Positions 16,688-27,816 of a DNA stretch of 64,000 nt are shown one piece after another. The notes below the pieces were generated by a model. It worked only from the letters and a program-made list of their open reading frames with translations. It searched no databases and was not told where the DNA came from. This DNA is from an uncultured Thermoleophilia bacterium. GTDB lineage: Bacteria; Actinomycetota; Thermoleophilia; UBA2241. How positions within the stretch are numbered: position 1 is the first letter of the stretch; every line of letters starts with the position of its first letter. Location of the stretch: positions 61,453 to 125,452 of the forward strand of contig CAVQSP010000020.1 in NCBI GenBank assembly GCA_963715985.1, read 5' to 3'. A program made the translations under genes and the position numbers.

Positions 16688-17748
16688 CCTTGCAGATCGG
16701 CGACGAGCCGGTCCAGGTCCACCGACTCTTCGATGAGGCCGGCGATGAGGTCGATCTTGGCGCGATCTTTGACACGCAGCCGGCCGAAAAGGCGACGCAG
16801 GTCGTCCGCGGCCGTCACCGTGTCGGTCTCCACGGAGACCAGCGGGATGCCGCGCTCCTCGGCCCGTTCCAGCACGGCCGGGCTGGGCACATAGTTGCCG
16901 GTGAGCACGACGGCCACGGTAGGCGTGTCGAGGGCCGTGAGGATGATCTCGGCGCGGTCGCCGCCCACGATCACGACCTTGTCGGGCGTGAGCTGGAAGT
17001 AGCGCAGGGCGTGGTCCGGGCTCATGGCCCCGATCATGTACGTCTCCACCAGCCGGTCGCCGTACTGGGCGCCGCAGACGTAGGTGCCGCCGAGGGCTTC
17101 GACGATCTCGGTCACGGAGACGGCCGAGAGGCGGCTGTTGGACGCGAGCGCGCCGTAGCTGGTGATGTCGTTCTTCGCAAGAAAGCGCACGTACTGCTCG
17201 GTGACCAGGCCCATGCGCGAGGCCGGGACCATGTTGAAGAGGACGCCCAGGAGGTGCTTCTTGAGGGCGTCCTTGACGTAGATGATGTCGTCCAGCAGGC
17301 GGGCGCCGGCGAATTTGGCGACGAGCAGGGTCCTGAGGTCCAGCTGCGCCACGACATCGGCGCCGCTGGTGCGCAGAAAACGGCCCTGCCAGATCTCCCC
17401 CAGCCCCTCGCACACGACGAGGTCCTTGCCGCGGCTGACGCGCCCGTAGGCGGAGGCTACTCGCGCCATGGCGTCCACCTCGGACCCCGCGAGCACGTCG
17501 TGCAGCGCGTCTTCGTCGAGGACCACGGGGCAGATGTCGGTGGGCGCGTCGTCAAGCTCGAGCAGCCCGGCGACGAAGCTGGCGTCCTCGTCGAGCAGGA
17601 TCCCGCCGGAGGATGAGGCCAGCGTGCCGACCGGCTTGAAGTAGCCGGCCCGCAGACCCCGGCGCCGGAGCGCCAGGCACAGGCCCACGGCGATGGTGGT
17701 CTTGCCGCCGCTGCCCTGGGTGGAGGCGATGTAGAGCGACTTCAGCAC
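16684..17748 (-). CDS. Phosphotransacetylase N-terminal-domain-like protein (P-loop BioD/CobQ-like domain plus DRTGG domain)
   Basis: 354 aa. MLKSLYIASTQGSGGKTTIAVGLCLAL (P-loop), and a C-terminal VVIVGGDRAEIILTAL...VVLTGN typical of DRTGG. No catalytic PTA_PTB domain. Confidence 0.7.
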   Translation of the reverse strand: MLKSLYIASTQGSGGKTTIAVGLCLALRRRGLRAGYFKPVGTLASSSGGILLDEDASFVAGLLELDDAPTDICPVVLDEDALHDVLAGSEVDAMARVASAYGRVSRGKDLVVCEGLGEIWQGRFLRTSGADVVAQLDLRTLLVAKFAGARLLDDIIYVKDALKKHLLGVLFNMVPASRMGLVTEQYVRFLAKNDITSYGALASNSRLSAVSVTEIVEALGGTYVCGAQYGDRLVETYMIGAMSPDHALRYFQLTPDKVVIVGGDRAEIILTALDTPTVAVVLTGNYVPSPAVLERAEERGIPLVSVETDTVTAADDLRRLFGRLRVKDRAKIDLIAGLIEESVDLDRLVADLQG

Positions 17749-17768
17749 GGCACGCCCCTGTCAGGCTC

Positions 17769-17886
17769 AGTCCGTCCGCCGCGGGGCCCTTCGGGCCGGC
17801 GGCCGCTCAATAGCTCTTCCGTGCATTAGTCCGTCCGCCGCGGGGCCCTTCGGGCCGGCGGCCGCTCACTAGCTCTTCCGTGCACT
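17769..17886. repeat. Tandem 2 x 59-bp intergenic hairpin repeat (family copy R3)
   Basis: agtccgtccgccgcggggcccttcgggccggcggccgctca(a/c)tagctcttccgtgca(t/c)t occurs twice (units start at 17769 and 17828). It shares the agtccgtc and gctcaatagc flanks with R1, but the outer stem is ccgcc/ggcgg instead of ctcgc/gcgag. Confidence 0.8.
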
Positions 17887-17988
17887 CCGTGTCTCTACGG
17901 GTAGCAGTGTCGAGTGCGCCTGGTCTTCGACATCCGAGCCGGTCCCCCAGCTCGTTGGCGCAGCCCGACGTTGATTCACCTTCGGCGA

Positions 17989-18171
17989 TCAATCGGCGTC
18001 GAGGACGATGACCTCGCGACCCTTGTACATACCGCACTTGGGGCAGGCGCGGTGAGGGAGCTTGGGGCTCTTGCACTGCGGGCACACGCTGGCCACGTCG
18101 ACACTGAGCTTCTGCTGAGACCGGCGCTGGTCACGGCGCCGCTGGGAAGTCTTCTTCTTCGGTACGGGCAT
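17989..18171 (-). CDS. rpmF: 50S ribosomal protein L32
   Basis: [22 protein letters not shown]...[25 protein letters not shown]. 60 aa at the 3' end of track ORF 17989..18537. Confidence 0.9.
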   Translation of the reverse strand: MPVPKKKTSQRRRDQRRSQQKLSVDVASVCPQCKSPKLPHRACPKCGMYKGREVIVLDAD

Positions 18172-18223
18172 GGATGTTCTCCTCGGGTCAACCAGACACG
18201 GCACTGTACCACATGCGGCGGCC

Positions 18224-18691
18224 TTACGCTTCGTCGTGCCCGTGGCCGGGGTCGGCGTTGAGGTCGGCCCCGCAGACGGGACACAGGCCAAGGCAGTCGT
18301 CGCGGCAGAGCAGCTTGGGCGGCAAGGCATCGGCGATGAGGTCACGGGTCCAGCGCTCAATGTCGACGACGTTCGCGACCACGTAGCCCTCATCGTCCTC
18401 CTCCTCGCCCTCGGAGTCTCCGTGCCGCACGTACTCCACGCCGCGCGCCTCGACGCACACGTCGGCGTCGTCGAGGCAGCGCTGGCACGGGCCCACGACG
18501 TCGGTCTCGAACTCGGCGGTGAGGGTGACGTTGTCACCGACGCGGGCGGCCGTCAGGAGCAGGTCCACGCTGCCGCCCGGCACTGAGTACTCGAGCCCCC
18601 CGAACAGGAACGGCTCGACATCCACGGGCAGGCGCCGCCAGGTCTCGCTGGCATCGCCGAAGCGGAGGGAACGCAGGTCGAAACGGCGCAT
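18224..18691 (-). CDS. DUF177 / YceD-family protein
   Basis: MRRFDLRSL..., C-terminal [17 protein letters not shown] zinc-ribbon-like motif. Canonical position upstream of rpmF. Confidence 0.8.
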   Translation of the reverse strand: MRRFDLRSLRFGDASETWRRLPVDVEPFLFGGLEYSVPGGSVDLLLTAARVGDNVTLTAEFETDVVGPCQRCLDDADVCVEARGVEYVRHGDSEGEEEDDEGYVVANVVDIERWTRDLIADALPPKLLCRDDCLGLCPVCGADLNADPGHGHDEA

Positions 18692-18728
18692 GGCGAGGCC
18701 GGCGCGGAGAGGGTCGTGTCGGCCGGGA

Positions 18729-19196
18729 TCAGGGCTGCAGCTGGTCGCCGGCGCCGCGGCCCTGGAGGCGCTCACGGCCGCGACGGACTGCGGCGATGAA
18801 CTTGTCGAGGTTGACCTCGAGGTTGCCGAGCACCTCGTCGGCGTAGTCCTCGGCGCCCAGACGCACGTCGCGCTCGCGCTCGCGGGCGTCTTCCATGATC
18901 TGCTGGGCGTTGCGCTCGGCTAGCCGCACCACCTCCTGCTCCGAGGCCATGCGCTCGGCGCGATCCTGCGCCTCGGCCAGCACGCGTTCCGCCTCCTGCT
19001 TGGCCTCGGTGAGCATCTCCTGGCGCTCCTTGACGATCCAGCGCGCCTGCTTGATCTCCTCGGGGATGGTGGACCGCATCTGGTCGAGGATGTCGTAGAT
19101 CTCCTCGCGGTCGATCATCACGCTGTCGGTGAGCGGTACGGACCTTGCGTTGTGGATGATGTCGTCGAGCTTGTCGATGAGAACGAGCACGTCCAT
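18729..19196 (-). CDS. Conserved coiled-coil protein of unknown function
   Basis: 155 aa and highly charged (EEIKQARWIVKERQEMLTEAKQEAERVLAEAQDRAERMASEQE). Sits between coaD and DUF177, where many Gram-positive genomes have a similar small coiled-coil gene. Function not assigned. Confidence 0.55.
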   Translation of the reverse strand: MDVLVLIDKLDDIIHNARSVPLTDSVMIDREEIYDILDQMRSTIPEEIKQARWIVKERQEMLTEAKQEAERVLAEAQDRAERMASEQEVVRLAERNAQQIMEDARERERDVRLGAEDYADEVLGNLEVNLDKFIAAVRRGRERLQGRGAGDQLQP

Positions 19197-19256
19197 ATTC
19201 AGCAGCCCTCCTTGAGCAGCCCGGCGTGCGGTGCGGCTTCGCCGCCCCGCACCGGG

Positions 19257-19790
19257 CTACTTCGTCTGTCCGCCCCGCGGAAAGACTTCCGCCAGTCGGC
19301 GAGCGACGGCCGGGGGCACCAGGTCTTCCACGGAGCCCCCGAACCGCGCGATCTCCCGAACGCCGCTCGAGCTCAGGAAGCTGTGCTCGGGCGACGCCAT
19401 CATGAACACTGTTTCGATTTCGGGCGCCATCCTCCTATTGAGCTGGGCCATGGCGAACTCGTACTCGAAATCGGAAATGGCGCGCAAACCCTTGAGGATG
19501 ACGTGTGCGTCCCAGCGTCGCGCGAACTCCACGACGAGCTCGTTGAAGCGGTCCACCACGATGTTGTCGCAGCCTGTGGCTGCGATCGCCTCGCGCAGGA
19601 ACGCCTCGCGCTCGTCGGGGTCGAAGAGCGGCGACTTGCGCTGAGGCACCTCGATGAGGCCGACGACGACGCGGCCGAACTTGCTGGCGCCGCGCTTGAT
19701 GATGTCGAGGTGGCCGACGGTGACCGGGTCGAAGGTGCCCGGGCAGATGGCCGTGATGTTACGCGGCACGACGTGCCCCCGGGCCGTCAT
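19257..19790 (-). CDS. coaD: Phosphopantetheine adenylyltransferase
   Basis: AICPGTFDPVTVGHLDIIKRG, ...KGLRAISDFEYE, ...SSSGVREIARFGG. Confidence 0.9.
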   Translation of the reverse strand: MTARGHVVPRNITAICPGTFDPVTVGHLDIIKRGASKFGRVVVGLIEVPQRKSPLFDPDEREAFLREAIAATGCDNIVVDRFNELVVEFARRWDAHVILKGLRAISDFEYEFAMAQLNRRMAPEIETVFMMASPEHSFLSSSGVREIARFGGSVEDLVPPAVARRLAEVFPRGGQTK

Positions 19791-20479
19791 TCAGTGGACG
19801 CCTCATCGTGGACCCCGACTCCTTCACCGTCGTCCTCATCGCCGGCGACCAGCACGGTCACCCGCGTGTCGCCGTAGCGCTTCTCACGCAGCACCGTCCA
19901 CGGCAGCGCGGCCGGCGTGCCGGCGGCAGTCTCCACGACCAGCACCGCCTGCAGCGCGAGCACCGGCGGCAGCAACCTGAGCAGCGCCGGGCGGACCGCG
20001 TCGTACTGCGCGTACGGCGGGTCCGCGAGGACGAGAGTATATCGTGCGCCGCGCCGGGCGTCAGCCTGCAGGGCGCGACGCACGTCGGCGGCTACCACGC
20101 GAGCGCGCGGCGATGCGGCGAGGCCGAGCCTCTCGAGGTTGGCGCGAACGGCGCGCAGCGCGCCGCGATCGTTCTCCACGAAGGCGCACGAGAGCGCCCC
20201 GCGCGACAGCGCCTCGATGCCCAGAGCGCCACTGCCCGCGAAGAGGTCCAGAGCCACATGGCCGCCCAGCGGGCCGGCAGGGGCAGCAGCCGCAGCCCGG
20301 CCGGCAGAGCCGGCAGCCGAGGCCTGGCCGGCGGCGAACGCTGCGGCGAGTCGCGCCTCGGGCAGCGCCGCGAGGATCCCGAACACCGCCTCCCGCACCT
20401 TGTCCGAGGTCGGCCTCGTCGAGCGGCCGGCCGGAGCCGCGAGCGGCCGGCCCTTCCACTCCCCGCCCACCACTCGCAT
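19787..20479 (-). CDS. rsmD: 16S rRNA (guanine966-N2)-methyltransferase RsmD
   Basis: MRVVGGEWKGRPLAAPAGRSTRPTSDKVREAVFGIL, DLFAGSGALGIEALSRGA, LADPPY. ATG at 20479. The track ORF has a 141-aa Arg-rich false extension. Confidence 0.85.
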   Translation of the reverse strand: MRVVGGEWKGRPLAAPAGRSTRPTSDKVREAVFGILAALPEARLAAAFAAGQASAAGSAGRAAAAAPAGPLGGHVALDLFAGSGALGIEALSRGALSCAFVENDRGALRAVRANLERLGLAASPRARVVAADVRRALQADARRGARYTLVLADPPYAQYDAVRPALLRLLPPVLALQAVLVVETAAGTPAALPWTVLREKRYGDTRVTVLVAGDEDDGEGVGVHDEASTE

Positions 20480-20538
20480 CGGACTCCCTTCCGGAGGGCA
20501 CGCGCCGGACCTGCCGGCGGGCGCGCGGATCACACAGG

Positions 20539-21840
20539 CTAGATGTGATGCTCGTCGCGACCCAGCACGACGGGCGTCGTGGCCGGCGCGGCGTCCGCGA
20601 CCGTGAACGCCGGCTCCAGGACACGTGCGGCGGCGGCGCGGCGCGCCGGGTCGCGCGAGAAGACGGCAGCCATGGGCTCGCCGGCCTCGACCGCCTCGCC
20701 CACGACGCGCTGCAGCAGCACGCCGGCCGCCGGATCGACGGTGTCGTCCACGCGCTGGCGGCCGGCGCCGGCGAGCTGTGCGGCCTGGCCGACGGCGAGC
20801 GCGTCGATGGCGGCGAGGAAGCCGTCGCGCGGGGCGACGACCTCGTGCGCCGCCAGACGATGGAACTCGCCGGGCTTCCAGCGCCCGCCCTGCACGTAGC
20901 ACCAGCGCTCGAAGTGCTCGGCGGCGCGGCCGCCGGCGAGCGCCTCTTCGGCGCGCCGGCGCCCCTCCGCCTCGTCCACGCCCAGATCGGACAGCGCCAG
21001 GAGCGCCCCGGCGAGCGTGAGCGTGACCTCACGCACGTCCGCGGGGCCCTCACCGCTCAGAACCTGCCACGCCTCCTCCACCTCCAGGCGGTTGCCCACG
21101 GTGCGCCCGAGGGGCGCGTCCATGGCCGTGAAGATGCACGAGGTCGGGCGGCCGTACGCCTCGCCGATCAGGCGGCACAGCCGCGCCAGCTCCCGGGCGT
21201 GGTCCAGGTCGCGGATGAAGGCGCCCTTGCCGACCTTGATGTCCAGCACCAGCGCCGAGGTGCCGCTGGCGACCTTCTTGGCCATGATGCTCGCCGCGAT
21301 AAGGCCGTCGTTCTCGATGGTGGCGGTGACGTCGCGCAGGGCGTAGAGGACGCGGTCGGCCGGCACGACGCGCTCGCTCTGGCTGCACACAGCCACGCCG
21401 ATACGCTCGAGTTGCCGTACGAACTCACCCTGCGGGAGCTGCACGCGGAACCCCGGGATGGACTCGAGCTTGTCCAGGGTGCCGCCGGTGTGGCCGAGGC
21501 CGCGCCCGGACATCTTGCCGAACACCGCGCCGCAGGCCGCCACCAGCGGCGCCAGCACCAAGGTGACCTTGTCGCCCACACCGCCGCTGGAGTGCTTGTC
21601 CAACACCGGCCGGAGCAGCGTCCGCAGGTCGAGGCTCTTGCCGCTCTCGACCATGGCGCGGGCGAGGCCCAGCGTCTCAGCGTCGTCGAGTCCCCGCAGA
21701 ACGATGGCCATCAGCAGGGCGCTGGCCTGGTACGACGGCACTGCGCCGCTCACGACACCGTCCACGAACGCCGTGAGGCGCTCTTCGTCAAGGGCCTTGC
21801 CGTCGCGCTTCCACGCGATGACGTCGTTCACGAAGTCCAC
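20539..21840 (-). CDS. deoA: Thymidine / pyrimidine-nucleoside phosphorylase
   Basis: 433 aa. DKHSSGGVGDKVTLVLAPLVAACG, SGRGLGHTGGTLDKLESIPGF. Confidence 0.9.
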   Translation of the reverse strand: MDFVNDVIAWKRDGKALDEERLTAFVDGVVSGAVPSYQASALLMAIVLRGLDDAETLGLARAMVESGKSLDLRTLLRPVLDKHSSGGVGDKVTLVLAPLVAACGAVFGKMSGRGLGHTGGTLDKLESIPGFRVQLPQGEFVRQLERIGVAVCSQSERVVPADRVLYALRDVTATIENDGLIAASIMAKKVASGTSALVLDIKVGKGAFIRDLDHARELARLCRLIGEAYGRPTSCIFTAMDAPLGRTVGNRLEVEEAWQVLSGEGPADVREVTLTLAGALLALSDLGVDEAEGRRRAEEALAGGRAAEHFERWCYVQGGRWKPGEFHRLAAHEVVAPRDGFLAAIDALAVGQAAQLAGAGRQRVDDTVDPAAGVLLQRVVGEAVEAGEPMAAVFSRDPARRAAAARVLEPAFTVADAAPATTPVVLGRDEHHI

Positions 21841-21855
21841 GGGGTCACTCCAGCC

Positions 21856-22659
21856 TCACGCTCGGACGAGGCCGGGCCAACGCGCCGCGACGGCGGCGCC
21901 GAGCCCGGCCGAGAGTCCGCGCGCCGCACCGGCGCCGCGCGACAGCACCTCTTCGTGAGAGCCTACCTCGGCGGCGCGGTTGGCCACCAGCGCCAGCAGG
22001 CAGCACTCGGCGCCGGCGGCGCTCGTCGCACGTACCTCGGGCGCAGCCGACATGCCCACGACGTCGCCGTAGCCGGCCAGCCACGCCACCTCGGCGCGCG
22101 TCTCGAATTGCGGGCCGGCGACGGCGACGTAGGTGCCGGTGCGCACGCCGGCGACGGTCGCCCCGCGCTCGCCGGCCGTGACCAGTGACGCAGCGACGGC
22201 CTCCGCCGCCTCGGGAGGGCACACCTCCAGCCGGGGCGGCTCTGCCTCCGCGGGCGGCGCCTGCAGGTCGACGAGGTCGCCGCACACGACGATGTCGCCC
22301 GGCTCAACATCTTGGCGCAGTGAACCCGTGGAGTTCGTGAACACGACGCAGCGCACGCCTGCCGCGGCGAGGTCGCGCACGGGGCGCTGCAGCTCGTCGT
22401 CGGACCAGCCCTCGTAGAGGTGCGGGCGGCCGCAGGCCAACGCCAGGCGCAGCCTGGCCTTGCCTGCGGCCACGCCGCTCACGAGCCGCACCACGCCGGC
22501 GTGTCCCGGCACGGCCGTGCACGGCCAGCCGAGTTCCGGGTATGCGAGCTCGTCTTCGACCCGGGCACCCGGTGGCAGCGCCTCCAGCCCAGATCCGTAC
22601 ACCACGGCGGCGTGAGCGCGGAAGCGGGCCAGACGCTCGTGCGCGGCGGCCGCCGTCAT
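21856..22659 (-). CDS. punA: Purine nucleoside phosphorylase (PunA type)
   Basis: GRPHLYEGWS, VFTNSTGSL, GPQFETRAEV, VVGMSAAPE. The ATG at 22659 overlaps the deoB stop (ATGA). Confidence 0.85.
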   Translation of the reverse strand: MTAAAAHERLARFRAHAAVVYGSGLEALPPGARVEDELAYPELGWPCTAVPGHAGVVRLVSGVAAGKARLRLALACGRPHLYEGWSDDELQRPVRDLAAAGVRCVVFTNSTGSLRQDVEPGDIVVCGDLVDLQAPPAEAEPPRLEVCPPEAAEAVAASLVTAGERGATVAGVRTGTYVAVAGPQFETRAEVAWLAGYGDVVGMSAAPEVRATSAAGAECCLLALVANRAAEVGSHEEVLSRGAGAARGLSAGLGAAVAARWPGLVRA

Positions 22660-23792
22660 CTGCCCATCGAACGGCCGGGGAGCGGCGGCTCCTCGCCCGT
22701 GAGCAACGCGAACGCAGTGGCGCCGACGTCCTCCTGCGATCCGTCCCAGCGGCCCGGCGCCAAGCCGACGCCCATCAGCGGCGAGTACTCGCGCGAGTGG
22801 TCGGTGCTCGCCGTGGTCGGGTCGACGCCGTGGTCCGCGCAGAGGATCATGGCGTCGCCGGGGCGCAGCAACGTCAGCCACTCCCCCACGCCCCGGTCCA
22901 CCGCCGCAAGCCCGTCGGCGAAGCCCTGTACGTCGTTGCGGTGGCCCCACACCTGGTCGAAGTCGACCAGGTTGGCGAACAGGAGCCCGCGCCGCATCTC
23001 GCCGAGGTGCCGCGTGCAGGCGGCGATGCCCGCCGTGTTGTCCGTGGTGTGGTCGTCCACGTCCACGCCCCGCTGCACGAAGATCTCGCCGATCTTGCCC
23101 ACGCCCACCACGGGCACGCCGCGTTCGTGCAGCAGGTCCAGGTACGTCGGCCCCGGAGGCTCCAGGGAGAAGTCACGGCGTCGCGGCGTCCTCGCATACT
23201 GTCCGGACGTGCCGTCGAAGGGGCGCGCGATGACCCTGCCCACGGCGTGCGGGCCGTGGAGTATGCCGCGCGCGATCTCGCACCAGTCGTACAGCTGCGA
23301 CACGGGGACCACGTCCTCGTGGCAGGCGATCTGGAAGACGGAGTCGGCCGACGTGTACACGATGGGCCGGCCGGTGGCGACGTGCTCGTCGCCGAGCTCG
23401 TCGATGATGCCGGTGCCGGAGGCCGGACGGTTGCACAGCACATCCCGGCCGATGGCCGCCGTGAACGGTCCCATGACCTCGGGCGGAAAGCCTTGGGGGT
23501 AGGTCGGGAAGGGCCGCTCGAGGACCACGCCCATCATCTCCCAATGCCCGGTGGTGGTGTCCTTGCCGGCGCCGTGCTCGGCGAGGCGGCCGAAGGTCGC
23601 CTCAGACCGCGGCGCCCCAAGCGGCAGCCCGACGACCTCGCCGAGACCGAGCGCGGTGAGATTCGGCAGCTCGACGTCGGTCCGCTCGAGCACGTGGCGC
23701 AGCGTGCTGGACCCCACGTCGCCATAGGCGGCGGCGTCCGGCAGCTCACCCGCGCCGCAGCCGTCGAGCACGCACACGAACACGCGCGTCAT
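22656..23792 (-). CDS. deoB: Phosphopentomutase
   Basis: 378 aa. VLDGCGAGELPDAAAYGDVGS..., HGPHAVGRVIARPF, NLVDFDQVWGHRNDV, ADHGVDPT. Confidence 0.9.
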   Translation of the reverse strand: MTRVFVCVLDGCGAGELPDAAAYGDVGSSTLRHVLERTDVELPNLTALGLGEVVGLPLGAPRSEATFGRLAEHGAGKDTTTGHWEMMGVVLERPFPTYPQGFPPEVMGPFTAAIGRDVLCNRPASGTGIIDELGDEHVATGRPIVYTSADSVFQIACHEDVVPVSQLYDWCEIARGILHGPHAVGRVIARPFDGTSGQYARTPRRRDFSLEPPGPTYLDLLHERGVPVVGVGKIGEIFVQRGVDVDDHTTDNTAGIAACTRHLGEMRRGLLFANLVDFDQVWGHRNDVQGFADGLAAVDRGVGEWLTLLRPGDAMILCADHGVDPTTASTDHSREYSPLMGVGLAPGRWDGSQEDVGATAFALLTGEEPPLPGRSMGR

Positions 23793-24799
23793 CCGCGTCC
23801 CTCCCCTTCGTCGTCCGGACCGGCGTTGCCCGGCCCGGTCCCGCCATCCGCGTCGTCCGGCGCCGCGGCGCCCGCCTGACGGCGGCGCCGCGCCCGCGGG
23901 TGCGTCTCGAGGTACACCTCCCGCAGGTGCTCCACGGTGACGTGAGTGTACAGCTGCGTGGTGGCCACGTTGGCGTGCCCCAGCATCTCCTGCACGCTGC
24001 GCAGATCGGCGCCGGCCGCGAGCAGATGCGTGGCGAAGGAGTGGCGGAAGGTGTGCGCGCTGGCCTTGCCGAGCATGTCGGCACGCTCCAGCACCTTGCG
24101 CAGGATGTAGTCGAGCCCCTGCCGCGTGAGCGGGGCGCCGCGAACGTTGAGGACGAGCTCGGGACGGCGGCGGCCGCGCAGCAGCTGCCGGCGGCCGTCG
24201 CGCATGTACCTGGCTAGCGCCGCAGCAGCCGCCGTGCCCATCGGCACGACACGCTCCTTGTCGCCCTTACCCACGCAGCGCACGAGCCCGGCTTCGAGGT
24301 CGACATCGCCCTCGCGCAGGCCCAGGAGCTCACTCGCGCGCAGGCCGCAGCCGTAGAGCAGTTCGAGTGCCGCCATGTCCCGCTGCCCCAGTGGGCCGGC
24401 CGGCACGATGGCGGCCAGCACCTCGCCGACCTCCTCCACGGAGAGGACGCGCGGCAGGTCCTGCGGCCGCCGCGGCGTGCGCAGCGCCGCCGCGGGGTCG
24501 TCCTCGCGCACGCCTTCGCGGTTGAGGAAGCCGTAGAACGAGCGCAGTGTGGCGGTGCGGCGCGCCACGCTGGCCGTGGCGCCGTCCCCGCCGGACCCGG
24601 CGAAGTACGCATGCACGTGGGCGGCCGTGGCCGTGGACGGAGCCGCCCCGTGAGTCGCCATGAACTCCTCGAAGCGGCGCAGGTCGCGGCCGTACGCGGC
24701 CACTGTGTTCATGCTCATGCCGCGCTCGTAGCGCACGTAGTCGAGGAAGTCCTGGACGAGAGGGTCCGGGTGCCGCCCGGACGCGCCGGACGCTGCCAC
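23789..24799 (-). CDS. xerD: Tyrosine recombinase XerD-type with an acidic/Gly-rich C-terminal tail
   Basis: N-terminal SAM-like domain. Catalytic ARG...HTFRHSFATHLL...LGHANVATTQLYTHV. Adjacent to deoB/punA and downstream of pyrG, as in reference Gram-positive genomes. Confidence 0.8.
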   Translation of the reverse strand: MAASGASGRHPDPLVQDFLDYVRYERGMSMNTVAAYGRDLRRFEEFMATHGAAPSTATAAHVHAYFAGSGGDGATASVARRTATLRSFYGFLNREGVREDDPAAALRTPRRPQDLPRVLSVEEVGEVLAAIVPAGPLGQRDMAALELLYGCGLRASELLGLREGDVDLEAGLVRCVGKGDKERVVPMGTAAAAALARYMRDGRRQLLRGRRRPELVLNVRGAPLTRQGLDYILRKVLERADMLGKASAHTFRHSFATHLLAAGADLRSVQEMLGHANVATTQLYTHVTVEHLREVYLETHPRARRRRQAGAAAPDDADGGTGPGNAGPDDEGEGRG

Positions 24800-24805
24800 A
24801 GGCGC

Positions 24806-27579
<2,774 letters not shown>

Positions 27580-27769
27580 TCAGCCCCTGCCGCCCGTGTG
27601 CCCCAGACGACACAAGCCGGCCGGGCGCGCATCCGCGGCGGAGCGCGCACGTGCCGAGGCCCTGTCACTGCGGTCTGGCGAGGGATTTTGTGGGGCCGGG
27701 GTCGCGCCCGTACTCAGATGACGGGCCGGCGCGATGGTATCTCCGGCGAGCCCACGGATCACGGGCGCA

Positions 27770-27797
27770 AGTATACCATCGCGCCGGGGACCCGCAA
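27770..27797 (-). promoter_or_regulatory. Candidate sigma70-type promoter for pyrG (TTGCGG-N16-TGGTATACT)
   Basis: On the minus strand, TATACT lies at 27775-27770 with an extended TG (TGG at 27778-27776), and TTGCGG lies at 27797-27792. This AT-rich hexamer is conspicuous in a ~70% GC context and sits ~200 nt upstream of pyrG. Confidence 0.45.
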
Positions 27798-27816
27798 GGA
27801 CGCGACGGCGGGCCAC

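Noticed and set aside
15620-17413. 597-aa minus-strand ORF suggesting a giant PlsX
   Set aside because: Only the C-terminal 355 aa (from MTPAPHYV, ATG at 16687) are PlsX-like. The N-terminal 240 aa are Arg/Pro-rich and overlap, out of frame, the well-supported DRTGG-domain gene. Similar false N-terminal extensions were trimmed for 2414..3478 (yraN), 7973..9517 (ffh), 19787..20902 (rsmD), 21856..22950 (punA), 24806..26197 (M20), 30318..31277 (tlyA), 39914..40636 (aroK), 46815..47864 (pilV-like) and 47977..48990 (pilD).
23789-24799. Tyrosine recombinase as the integrase of a mobile element, possibly responsible for the pil island
   Set aside because: It has XerD-type motifs and sits in the conserved pyrG...xerD / xerD-deoB-punA neighbourhood, 17 kb away from the pil locus. 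I saw no flanking direct repeats, tRNA gene or phage/IS genes. The pil insertion has no recognisable mobility genes at its borders.
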